Shown: positions 50,119 to 61,655 of the stretch, in pieces
Layout: every line of letters starts with the position of its first letter
How positions within the stretch are numbered: position 1 is the stretch's first letter
DNA from: Camelus dromedarius
Taxonomy: Eukaryota
Assembly (NCBI RefSeq): GCF_036321535.1
Contig: NC_087436.1
Location: 12,834,001 to 12,898,000, forward strand
Length of the DNA stretch: 64,000 nt
Direction: 5' to 3'
Translations under genes and position numbers: made by a program
The notes under the pieces: generated by a model
What the model saw: only the letters and a program-made list of their open reading frames with translations
Told to the model about the DNA's origin: nothing
Database searches by the model: none

Positions 50119-51239
50119 TTTATTTATTAGATAAATTTGACATGTAACATTGAATAAATTTAAGTGTACATTGTGTTACTTTGATACATTCATATATTAT
50201 AATATAATTGCCACAGTAATGATATTCATCACATTACACACTTAGAGTACAAGTCAAGAAACAGTCCATTAAATCTCTATGTCCATTTTAGTACTCAGTG
50301 CTAGTTTGTATACTTAAACAACATCAATTTTATCCCCCCATGCTCTTCCCCTGGTAATCACCATTTTACTCTCTGTATTTTTTTTTTTTTACATGTTTGA
50401 ATTTTGTTTGGATTTCATGTATAAGTGAGCTCACGCAGCACTTGTCTGTGTCTGGCTTATCTTGATTAGCATAGCGTGCTCAAGTTCCACCCATGTTGTT
50501 GGAAATAGCAAGATTTCCTCCTTTCTCGTGGGTGAATAATATTTCATTGTCTATGTATACCACATCTTTTTTATTCATTCATTTGTTGATGGGCATTTGA
50601 ATTATGTCCGTATCTTGGCTATTGAGAACAGTACTGTCATGAACGTGGGGGGCATATATCTCACTAAATTTCTGTTCTCATTTCCTTTGGGTATATTCCC
50701 AGAAGTGGAATTGCTGGGTCATACAGTAGTTCTATTTTTAATTTTTTGAGGAAACTCCATGTTATTTTTCATAATGGTTGGGCTAATTTACATTCCTACC
50801 AACAATGCATGAAGGTTCCGTTTTCTCTACCTTCTCCCCAAACTTATTTGTTGTCCTTTTGATGACAGCCATTTTGACAGGTGTGAGGTGACATCTCATT
50901 GTGGTTTTGATTTGTATTTCCATGATGATTAGTGACGCTGAGCATCTTTTCATGTGCCTGATGGACATTTTGATGTCCTCTTTAAAACTATGTCTACTCA
51001 GTTATTCTGCCCATTTTTAATCGGATTTTCTTGTTGCTGTAGTTTTTATTAAGTTGTGCAAGTACTTTATATATTTTGGATTTTAAACACTTATCCAATA
51101 TACGGTTTGCAAAAATTTTCTCCTGTTACATATGCTGCCTTTTAATTTTGTTAATTGCTTCTTTTGCTATGCAGAAGCTATTGAGTTCAATATAGTCCCA
51201 TTTGTTGATTTTTGCTCTTGTTGTTTGTGCTTTTAATGT
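50119..51239 (-). mobile_element. 5'-truncated L1 (L1MA-like) with TSD
   Basis: ORF2 remnant [30 protein letters not shown]; flanks gatcctcccattta 50105-50118 and gaccttcccattta 51240-51253. Confidence 0.85.
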
Positions 51240-51798
51240 GACCTTCCCATTTAAACCACATAACGCTCCCTATCTACCCGTCTCTGCTTTATTCTTCTCA
51301 CTTTTCACATTTTTATATAATTTATTCATTTTTTAGTAGTTTATTTCACCAAATAGAATATAACCTGCAAATAGCAGAGATATATTATTCATACTATTCA
51401 AAGTGAACCTTAAGAATTGTCTGACATATACTAGGTACCCAATATGTTCTGATGTATCTAATAAAAGATAATTGAAGTCAGATATTCTGAGTAATTAGGA
51501 ATTGGGAGAATCACCTTCCAGTGATCCTATTTGATTTTTTAAAAATTTTGTAATAAAAATAAGTTATTGAATTTATTATTTAACAATGCAGGATTAGAAG
51601 TAATTTTAATGAGGATAATTTGTAATTTTTTGAATTTAATATGTAATTAATGCTTAACACTTTAAAAACTTACAGATTTGGGAGATATTTTGTTGAGATT
51701 AAGCTGAATTTAGAAAGTGTGAATTATAATCCCACATCATTCGCCCTGCTCATTTTTTTAAGCGATGGACCTCTAGACAGTTTTCTTCTTTGAGCAAA

Positions 51799-51816
51799 GC
51801 ACACCCTCTACTGGCC
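51799..51816 (-). promoter_or_regulatory. Candidate CTCF site
   Basis: Minus strand GGCCAGTAGAGGGTGTGC; motif match only. Confidence 0.4.
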
Positions 51817-52913
51817 TTTTCTGGTACAGCTTATGGTTTAAACATTCTACAATGACTTAAAACGGCTTGATATTTTTACATTCAAGGTCATCTTGTGTAG
51901 TGGCTACATTTCTGAGGAATTTAACTCTGAAGTCTTGAACCAATATTGGTGAACATGGTATGTGCTACATTCTGGTTTAGTTTCTCTGATGAATTACAAA
52001 ATTCAAATAAGTGAAGGTGGCCGAAGGTCGGTGGGAAAACACTGCATTTGTCTGGATACAAAACTGTTTCCTGTAACTTGATATTGAGTTGAAATACCTC
52101 CTCCGGAGACAAACACCTTTTCCCATGCAGCTTCATCATAAACTGAATTTACGGAAGGCAAGCACTGATGTGCTTTTTAAGCAGTCTTTCTCTATAGTTA
52201 TCATTAGTGGTGATAAAAAAGTGGCAACTGGAAATTTCTGAAACTAGAATAGAAATGACCCACCAGTGAGAAAAGCAGGATTTGGTTGGTTTCTCTGACA
52301 GCATTTTAAAATAATGCTTATAAACTTCTTTAAAACTTGCAGACATTTCAGCTTTTCCATCATCAGAACCATCATGATGATAATATCAGGAGGAGGCGAG
52401 GGCACTGGTTCAGAGCACAGCCCACAGGAGTGTCCACCTGCCAAGATTAACAGTGCATCGTATCCTTCCACAAGTGACTCAACTTCCCTGTTTCTCAGTT
52501 TCCTAACTGGTAGAACAGGGGTAATAATTCTACCTCCCCCCCAGAGTCAAGTGGCCATAACAGGGCCAGGCAAATGGTAAACATTCTCTAAGTATTAATT
52601 ATTTTCCTGGATACAGTGATTTCCATTATCTTAGTTGCAGCTGCTTAAGTCTTTTTATAATTGCCTAAAAATATGTTGCAGAATCTTCCCTCCAACTTCC
52701 AGCTGGTAAATTCCTTCTGGACTCTAGGATACTGATCTCTTCCAAGGCCATTGGCAAATCAGCTCTTTTTACTTAGATGCAAATCGAGATGTTCCCTGGG
52801 CATCACCATCCACAGTCTTGGAAGGGGCATCCACACTCCTTGCAGGTTTCCCTTACTGATGTGTATCAATGTCTGTCCACACCACACAATTTTCTTCCTC
52901 CACGGAGTGCGGA

Positions 52914-53025
52914 ATATATACCCATATATATAAATACATATACGAATTATATATATATAAATACATATATGAATTTATATATAAATATATGTATATACAC
53001 ACATACATGTAATAAATACATAATA
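52914..53025. repeat. TA-rich simple repeat
   Basis: Direct reading. Confidence 0.85.
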
Positions 53026-53311
53026 CACTTGAAATCTTTGACTTTGTTAATTGATGTTTAATTATTTAATTTAAAAAATGTCAATGTTATTTACCTGGTT
53101 ATTTATGATGAACCAAGGGTGAATTTCCCCACTGTCCAGCCTCTTACAAAGGGATGTACCTCTACAGTCAATCCTACACACCAACCCCCTTTCAAAGACC
53201 CAGGTTTTTGTTGTTTCTTGTTGTTTTTTGAGGGGAAAGTCATATGGTAGAGACTGTGAATTAATAGCCAATATCCATTCTTCTTTCTTAGTAAGAGAAG
53301 CCTTATTTTTT

Positions 53312-53459
53312 GTAATAACTAACTATTAGTGTCCATTTGACATCCCTTGCTGTCTGGAATCTTTTGAGGATCTCCCACTTAAGCTGTTTTAGAGAGATGC
53401 TCATAAATTTATTTAGATTTACTAGAAGTAAAACTCATGCTGAAAGGCATTGGTCTCTG
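53312..53459 (+). repeat. Left arm of a 148-bp inverted duplication
   Basis: Ungapped match to rc(58723-58870), 21 mismatches by hand count. Confidence 0.92.
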
Positions 53460-54240
53460 TGTCTGTTCTCCCATCAAAAGTCATCAACAGACTGCTGGAA
53501 CTTTCACTCAGCAGTTTGTGTCTGTCTCTGCCTCTGCGTTCTTCTGTCCTTCACGCTGGAATTCTTCCCCGGTCCTTCTCCTGTTTCCCCAAGAGAAGTT
53601 TACATTCTGCCCTGGTTTTGCCATCTCTTGTCCACTTCTCTCTTCAGTTATTTCACAGAACTCTAGGAGGAATGGCTTAAAACTCAGCTATCTGAGAAGT
53701 TAACTCTTTGAGATTGTTGTAAAGGTATACAGAAATGAATTTAGCATGCCAGGACTTTGTTTTAATGAAAGAAGGGAGGAGGATTTATTAACAGTCATTA
53801 AGCTGGTCTGGGTTCCCTGGACTTTTGCTGACCGACCTAGGAACCTAGATACAAGAATGGCTCTGTTTCAGGTAATAAATTTTAAATGTGCTGGTTGCTT
53901 TTATTTCTATGTGATAGGAGAAATTTAATATATATGATCTATGTTTGAAAGGTAAGCAAACTGGGAAAAGACTTGGGAATCAGAGCCCGTCACTGCTTGT
54001 TCCTGGATTGAAATCAATTTCAACTGGTGACACCTGATACCATTTGTGGTCTCAAACTTTCACGTCACATGGGGGACTTGCTTTAGCTCACAGGGGTCCT
54101 ACTGTCAAAGGCGATGTGCTCAAGGTTTTGTTCCCTTGGGGATATTTAGGACAGTGCTTTGTTTTTGTTTTCAAAAGCCAAGGCCTGCCGTCCCTAGCAT
54201 CCTATACTTTCCAAATTTTTTTCATTTATTCTAATTTCTT

Positions 54241-54467
54241 TTTTTGACTTTGTTAAAAAATTGAAGTATAGTCAGTTTACAATGTTGTGTCAATTTCTGG
54301 TGTACAGCATCATGTTTCAGTCATACAAGTACATACATCTATTCATTTTCATATTCTTTTTCATTGTAGGTTACTACAAGATATTGAATACAGTTCCCTG
54401 TGCTATACAGAAGAAACTTGTTGTTTATCTATATTATATATAATAGTTGATATTGGCAAATCTTGAA
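54241..54467 (-). mobile_element. Short young L1 3' end nested at the tail of an older L1
   Basis: TSD ctaatttctt at 54231-54240 and 54468-54477. Confidence 0.85.
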
Positions 54468-54477
54468 CTAATTTCTT

Positions 54478-55316
54478 CTAATTGTGATAAAATACATACC
54501 TAACATGAATTTACCATCTTAACCATTTTTAACTGTACACACCAATAGTATTACATACATTCCCATTTTTCTGTAACCAATTTCCAGAACTCTTTTCATC
54601 TTGCAAAACTGAAACTCTGTACCCATTAAAGATTCTTCATTCCTTTTCTCCCCAAGCCCCCAGCAACCAGCCTTCTAAACTCTGTCTGTAAAGTGGAATC
54701 ATACAGTACTTATCTTTTTGGTGCTGGGTTGCCTCACTTAGCACAGTGTCCTCAAGTTTCATCCACGTCGCAGCAGGTGCCCGAGGTTCCTTCCTCTGAT
54801 TTAAAGCTGAACGATACTCCACGGTATTCCTCCAAACCCAGAAATAGCAGAATTAAGCCACCTGACCAATAAAATAGTATTTAGTAAGAGTTTATTGTGA
54901 AGTTCCAAAAATATAAATGCTGCATAATTCCACTTTAGGAGGTGTCTGGAGTAGCCAGATCCACAGGGGCAGAGTTTAGAAGGTGGCTGCTGGGTGCAAA
55001 ACAATGTGGCATAAAGGTATACGCCAATGAAATAGAATAGAGAAACCGGAAATAAACCCTCGCATATGTGGTCGAATGATTTTTAACAAAGCGTCAAGAC
55101 AATTCATGGGGAAAAGATAGTCTTTTTATTAGGTATTAGGAAAATTGGACATCCAGTTTGGAACTTTTTCAAGATTTTTGGCTATTCAGGGTCTGTCTGT
55201 TTAGATTCCATATGAATCTTATCATGAATTTTTTTTTCTTTTTCTGCAAAAACTGCCTCTGGGATTTTGAAGGGGTTTACACCAAACCTTTGGATCACTT
55301 TGGATACTCTCGACAT
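54478..55316. mobile_element. Rearranged older L1 fragments in alternating orientation
   Basis: 3' UTR (-) 54478-54830; 3' UTR piece (+) ~54906-54995; ORF2 (+) ~54997-55156; ORF2 (-) ~55165-55316. Confidence 0.7.
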
Positions 55317-55630
55317 GAGGGTTTTCATTTTTGGCAATATCAGATTAATCTTGACTTCAAAAGCATTATCCATGGTTTATAAAGGAGTCAAGGAGAAGAG
55401 CCAGGTTTAATGACTTTCCAGAGATATGAATATCAAATAATATTCACTGTGTGCTCTTGGGTTCAGGAAGTCATGTTTCTAGTTCCCTTTTTAGAACTGG
55501 TTCAGCTTTTTTTGTTTTTCCCCAGCCTGCCTTACTCATAACAGAATTAGACATAAACCTTCCTGTAGAACTGTTTATAGAACTTTTCCAAATTAATTGA
55601 CAGTAATTCAAAAAGTTAAATGCTTCAAAT

Positions 55631-55768
55631 GGCAGAGGATGGGTGTAGCTCAGTGGTAAAGCACATGCTTAGCATGCGTGAGGTCCTGAGTTTAATCCCC
55701 AGTACCTCCATTTAAAAAAAAAAAAAGAATGCATAAAAAAAACATTAAAATTTTTTAAAAATTAAAAA
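55631..55768 (+). mobile_element. tRNA-derived camelid SINE (vic-1 type)
   Basis: gggtgtagctcagtggtaaagcacatgcttagcatgcgtgaggtcctgagtttaatccccagtacctcc + A tail; TSD taaatgcttc at 55617-55626 and 55769-55778. Confidence 0.85.
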
Positions 55769-56440
55769 TAAATGCTTCTAGTGTCTGTGCTGCTTTCAAT
55801 TCCAGAGGAAAAAAGACTTTTATGATGACACCTAACAAATCATAGGTCCACTATAAATGAAAACTCCCTTCCTTACTTCCTTCAGTAACAGGTATTAAAC
55901 TACCCCCTAGGAATTTTGCATTGTCCATTTGGCTTTTGATCTTTTTTCTTTTTTTCAGGGCTGAGAATCTGAACCCCTCTGACAAGCTGACTTTTTAAAT
56001 AAACCATATGAGAGAGTCTAGTTATTTTTAGGACTTCGATAATCTTTTGTTTTAAGGGTCATCCATTCACCTGTTTTGTTCACTTAGGACATACAACATG
56101 ATTTTCAAAGTCATTCTGAAATAATGGAAACTCTGTCCAATCTTTTAAAGGCAAGAGCTTACTTTAATAGATTTTGAGGGGTATCCTAGCAACCACCCCA
56201 TAGTGAAATTTATCAATTTTTCAGAGAGAATTTCCGCTAAATCTATGAAAGAGACACTTCAATTTTAGTTTCTTAACCATTTTTTTTCTACATAGTTCCA
56301 AGAAGCAGATCTTCTTAGATAGCTTTGCTGTTGAGACTTCGTTTAATGACCATTAAAAACATATTTGATGTTATCCTACTCAGCCATCTCCTTTAGTGGC
56401 GCTGGATTGTATCAGACCAAAGATAAATGAAAAGTTAATC

Positions 56441-56446
56441 GATAGG

Positions 56447-56490
<44 letters not shown>

Positions 56491-56491
56491 A
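56441..56491. repeat. (GATA)n microsatellite
   Basis: Direct reading. Confidence 0.95.
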
Positions 56492-57362
56492 AATAAAGGG
56501 AATATTTTAAAATTATATAAGCAACCAAAAACTTAACTTTAAAAATAGAATCTATGTGTGTGCTTTTTAGTTTTACTTCTCAATATGCAAAAATACAAAG
56601 CACAGCCTTCTTGATCTTAAAGAAATATTGACAAAAACTGAAGCCTGGAAAGCACATTCATACTTGCTCGTCTTGGTTTTCCTGGGTGATGTGAATGAGA
56701 GAAGATTTATTTGGTTGTGCTTTCAGATATTAGTTGTTAGTTCCAAATTGATGACTTAAAAAATTCTGAATGCAAATCAAAATAGAAATTTCTCCCAGGC
56801 GTGTGGACAAGTCAAGCATGAAATAGCACGAGCTGAGTGCACATTCTGCAGGTGGGGTTCAGAATTGAACAGGCTATTAAAATTAAACAGCGTTAACAAT
56901 GCAGCTCTGAATAACCAGGGAAAAATGCCTGCGTGGAAATTTCCTATGTGTGAGCAAGACTTATTCTTGCTTTTCTGTTATCTTGAAAAGTAGTATCAAA
57001 TTGTTATGTGCATTGGTCTGTGGAGGTTTAAAACGCATGCACTGTTTACAGGACAGTCATTTAGCGTTTGCCTAGGTATCTGAGGAGCCGTGTATAAGGA
57101 CATGCATGCATACAAATAGTACTATGATAATTTAGTGACAGGGAGAGAATTTCCACAACCTAGCAGGCTTACTAATTGCTTCCTTATTGTGTTCTGGTGA
57201 AGTAAGCATTTAGAAGCCAATATTTATGATAGCCTTTTTCTGGCAAAATGCCAATTAACAGAATTGATGGAAAATATTTTTCTTTTAAAATATGTAGGTA
57301 TTCAGTAAAAGTTTGTTGATTTTCACCATACTAAGTATTCTTTGATGTGTGTGTGTTTTTAC

Positions 57363-57924
57363 TTTTATTTTTTATTCATTTTTTACATTGAAGTATAGTC
57401 AGTTTACAATGTTGTGTCAATTTCTGGTGTACAGCATAATAGTTCAGTCATACACACACATAGTATATTCATTTTCATATTCTTTTTCATTATAGTTTAC
57501 TACAACATATTGAATATAGTCCCCTATGCTATACAAAAGAAACGTTGTTTATCTATTTTATACATAGTAGTTAGTATCTGCAAATCCAAAACTCCCGATT
57601 TATCCCTTCCCACCCCCTTTCCCCGCTGGTAACCATAAGTTTGTTTTCTATGTCTGTGAGTCTGTTTCTGTTTTGTAAATAAGTTCGTCTTTTTTTAGTT
57701 TCCACCTATAAACTATATCATAAGATATTTTTCTTTCATATCCCAGTGTTCATAGCAGCACTATTTACAATAGCCAAGACACGGGAGCAACCTAAATGTC
57801 CATTGACAGATGACTGGATAAAGAAGCTGTGGTATATTTATACAATGGAATACGACTCAGCCATAAAGAAGAATAAAATAATGCCACTTGCAGCAACATG
57901 GAAGGACCTGGAGATTGTCATTCT
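57363..57924 (-). mobile_element. Young L1 with 5' inversion
   Basis: 3' UTR on - strand to ~57737, then ORF2 C-terminus on + strand ([11 protein letters not shown]...[13 protein letters not shown]); TSD at 57345-57362 and 57925-57942. Confidence 0.85.
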
Positions 57925-58164
57925 ATGTGTGTATGTTTTCACATAGCCACCCCAGGTTTCTTTGATTACTGTCAGCTTGGTATCTTTTTCTATCCTTTTA
58001 CTTTTAACTTATTTGTATGCTTATATTTAAAGTGGCCTCATTTGGGGCAGCATATAGTTAGTTGCATCTTGCTTTTTTATCTAGTCTAACAATCTTTGCC
58101 TTTTATTTGAAGTAGCCATTTCCTTTTTTAAAAAAAAAAATTATTTAAACTAAAAAAAAAAAAA

Positions 58165-58727
58165 AAGTTCATTCATTTCTCCCATTTCTCTACCCCTGCC
58201 TCTTGCAACCACCAAGTGATTCTTTTTGAGTTTGCGTTTTTCTTTCTTCAGATAAATACCCAGAAGTGGAATTGCTGGATCATATGGTAATTTTATCTTT
58301 AACTTTTTTGAGGAAACTCCGTACTGTTTTCTATAAGGTTTGCACCAATTTGCCTTCCCATCAACAGTGTACAAGTGTTCCCTTTTCTTCACATCCTCAC
58401 CAAGACTTGTTGTTTCTTGTCTTTTTGGTAATAGCCATTCTGACTGGTGTGAGGTGATATTTCATTGCAATTTTGATTTACATTTCCCCGATCATTAATG
58501 ATGCTGAGCATCTTTTCATGTGTCTGTTGACTATCTATACATCTTCTTTGAAAAAATATCTATTCAGAGCTTCTGCCCATTTTTAATTGGATTTTTTTTC
58601 TTGAGTTGTATAAGTTCTTTACATATTTTGGACACTAACCTCTTACCAGATACATGATTTGCAATTATTTTCTCCCATTCATAAGTTGACTTTTTATTTT
58701 GTTGAGAGTTTCTGTTACTGTGCAGAA
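58165..58727 (-). mobile_element. L1 fragment with internal deletion
   Basis: ORF2 remnants [18 protein letters not shown] and EWEKIIANHVSGKRLVSKI. Confidence 0.85.
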
Positions 58728-58870
58728 ACCAATGCTTTTCAGCATGCATTTTACTTCTAATAAAGCTAAATAAATTTGTGAGCATCTCCCTAAAACGACC
58801 AAGGTGGGAGATCTTCAAATGATTCCAGAGAGCAAAGGATGTCACGTGGACATTATTAGTTAGTTATTAC
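58723..58870 (-). repeat. Right arm of the 148-bp inverted duplication
   Basis: See 53312-53459; ORF track shows paired spurious peptides MTSLAVWNLL.../MTSFALWNHL... Confidence 0.92.
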
Positions 58871-59764
58871 TAATGGCTTTACTCTCAGTCTTGATGAGCT
58901 CAAACCAGTTTTTCTTTCACAGCTTAAATTTCTCCATCTCCCACTTTGCTGCCCCAGGGAATGCGAACATCCAGCTACTGAACGGGAGAATTGAATCTGA
59001 AAGCAATGAAAAATAGCAGAGTAATGTTCCAATGCCCTTAATTGAAAGAGAAGAGCTTTAAACTACATTAAAAACAAAACAGTGTGTTGTTTTGAACGCT
59101 GGTGCTTAAGGAAAAGCAAGTCTAATTAGAGGAGGATGAAGAGATTCCAAATGGGACTTGTGGCTACTTTCAAGGGCTTTCAAAGTCGGTGGCAGTGATT
59201 CCTTTTGAACCTGTTTCTTCTCAGCGTTTCTACTTAAGTCTGGACAGTTGCCTTCCCCCACCCCCGACTCACCCCACCCCCGCCCCCCACCGGGCTTTTA
59301 GCTTGGCTCACAAATGGAACAAATATGTAATAAGAAATGGAACAAAAGAAATATCCTTGAGATAAACTGACAGAAAGTGGGAAAAGGAAGAAAAAGAAGG
59401 AGGATCAAAGAGGATATTCTCGGAGCAGAAATGAGAGAGTGAGGAGAGAGGCAGGGAAAAAGATTTGAGTAAGGGAAAGAAGAATGCAAGGGAGGGAGAA
59501 CAGGAACAAGGCGGGGGGGGGCAGGGGGCGGGAGGAGAGTAGGGCGGGGGGGGGGATTGGGGGTGGGGGTAGGAGTTCGATGGGCCGCTGGGAGATTCTG
59601 TGCAGACCTTCTGGTAGCAATCTCTTGTTAGATGATGCAGAGGACTTTTGATCGCACAGCTCTTTAAGCTCTTTAAGGGGCCAGGGTGGTGCTGTGGACC
59701 TGGAAGTGCTTGTTTTAAGTCAGAGAAACTGGAAATCAAAATGCCTTAAGACCCTGTTCTTAAC

Positions 59765-59913
59765 ACTGCTGCACACTGGATTCACCCTGAAAGATTTAAA
59801 AGCTGCCTGGACCTGCCTCATTTCCCAGAGACAACACTGATGGGCCAGGGGGGAGGTCTAGGTGATTATAAAAGTTCCCGGCTGCTCTAAAGCACAGCCA
59901 GGGCTGAGAACCT
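59765..59913. mobile_element. MER5-like hAT-Charlie remnant
   Basis: ctgctgcacactggattcacc...gcacagccagggctgagaacc termini. Confidence 0.55.
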
Positions 59914-61524
59914 CCGAGTGGGTCCAGAGATATTGCAACAGCGTGCAGCCAGCTCCTCGTGCCTGTGGGATGCTGTCTGTAAGCTAGTGTCGCCTTGAGG
60001 AGCATGACTGCATCCAAGTACTTGTTTTATGCTAGTTCCTTTGTGGAAGACGCCCTCCAGGGTACGTGCCAGAGCTGACACTTTCTAAGGAGTTTGGGCT
60101 CTTCGAAACCATAATTCACCTGGGGAAATATGGCATTCAATATAAGGATCATACAGAGCTTTCAGCTACAGAAGTTTTTGCATGATAAAATCTTTCCTTC
60201 TAAATTAAATGTTCCTATTCCCTGCATGGTGAACTGTTCTGTTGATCAGATACACAAAAAGGGAAGGAAACTCCTTAGCTTCTGACTATTAATTAATGTC
60301 GTCAAATTTCTCCAACAAGACTCAGAGGATTCTGTTAGTTGGTGAAAAAAAAAATTACTATCACTGAATTTTTAAAGCAATTGCCAAGAAATGTGAAAGA
60401 AAAGCTCTTCACTAGCTAAGTTATTATCATCATTACTATTATTAATTAATAGCTATTTTTTGTTGAGCACTTGAACACCAGACATTGTATTAGGTGAGTT
60501 ATATAGGAAATCTTAATTTCATTCACACAGCTCTTTTTCCGGGGTTCCGTGGTTGTCAACAGTGATTACAAAAGTCAGCCTGAACATTTAAAAGAGTTTT
60601 GTTCACATCCACTAAGAAATCAGTGTGGAATAATGAAATCTTTGTAGAAGGCTGGAAGAATGTATTCATTTCTCCAAGTTGTGGTTTCTTCATTTATTAG
60701 ATGATGTGGTCAGACGGACTGATTTTTGACAATTTATGAAAATCAGAGTCAGAAGAAATCATTGGATAAAACCATGAGCTGCTGAGTGCAATACTAACAC
60801 ATTTTTGGTGGATGATGCTTTACAATTTCCATTTCTATTATAAGTGTTATTATTTTTGATTCTCACTCACAGCTCCCTTGTGAGGTAAGCAGGCTGGATA
60901 TCACCTCACCATCCCTGGGAGGAAGCCAAGGAATGTTTCTCTTAATAAATTCTACAGAAAAAGCAGCCAGGTTTTGTTTTCTTTCTTGCTGCACGAAGCA
61001 GTGGGAAAAGTAAATGAAAGATTCAGTGATTGCTAAAACAAAGACACAAAGAAATGTAAAAGCTTGACTTTTCCCCTACACATTGCAAACCGTGTACACA
61101 TTTTCATTTTACTAAAGAAGAAAATCATGTGAATTGTTTCTCTCTGAAATACTCTACTTGAAAAGGCAATTCAGTCTCCTAGCAACCAACACTTCACCAA
61201 ATGAGAAAAATGTCTACAGGAAGGGAGAAACTACAATTACACACGATGAATAGAGTCAAATTCTCATGAGCCTGGACGAGAATCATAAAGGGTATCTCAG
61301 CCCATTTCTATTCTCCCAGTGTCAGCTTCTGGAGTCCTCAGAGGCTCCAAACACGGTCACCAGCAAGGTCAAATGTGGTGGCCCACCTTTTGCCTCTGCC
61401 TGGCACTGGGGCCCCTTTCTTTCCCACCCCCTTGGAGCTTTGCCTTTTCTAAAGGAGCAGCGTTTTCATAAGCAAGGTTTGGAAATCCTCTGGAGCAATG
61501 TGATTCAACACGGTAGCCCTTAGA

Positions 61525-61655
61525 CTCCTATGGCTGTTTAATTTTAAATGTTAATTCACTAAAATAAAATAAAACTAGACAGGTCCTCATTCACACAAGA
61601 CACATTTCAAGTGCTCAATGGTCTCACGTAGGGACGGCTGCCATACGGGACAGCT
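61525..61655. mobile_element. MER3/MER33-like DNA transposon remnant
   Basis: aattttaaatgttaatt...cacatttcaagtgctcaat motif. Confidence 0.5.

Noticed and set aside
53337..53666. Pair of similar ORFs (with 58564-58845) suggesting a small gene family
   Set aside because: Non-ATG starts, similarity confined to the 148-bp DNA arm, most mismatches change the amino acid, and the second ORF runs into L1 ORF2
55631..55712. tRNA-Ala-like gene (also 37085-37160 on the minus strand)
   Set aside because: Mutated boxes/stems, A-rich tail and TSDs indicate SINE copies
59298..59739. Pro-rich 143-aa minus-strand ORF
   Set aside because: Arises from G-runs and GA-rich low complexity; non-ATG start, no recognisable domain
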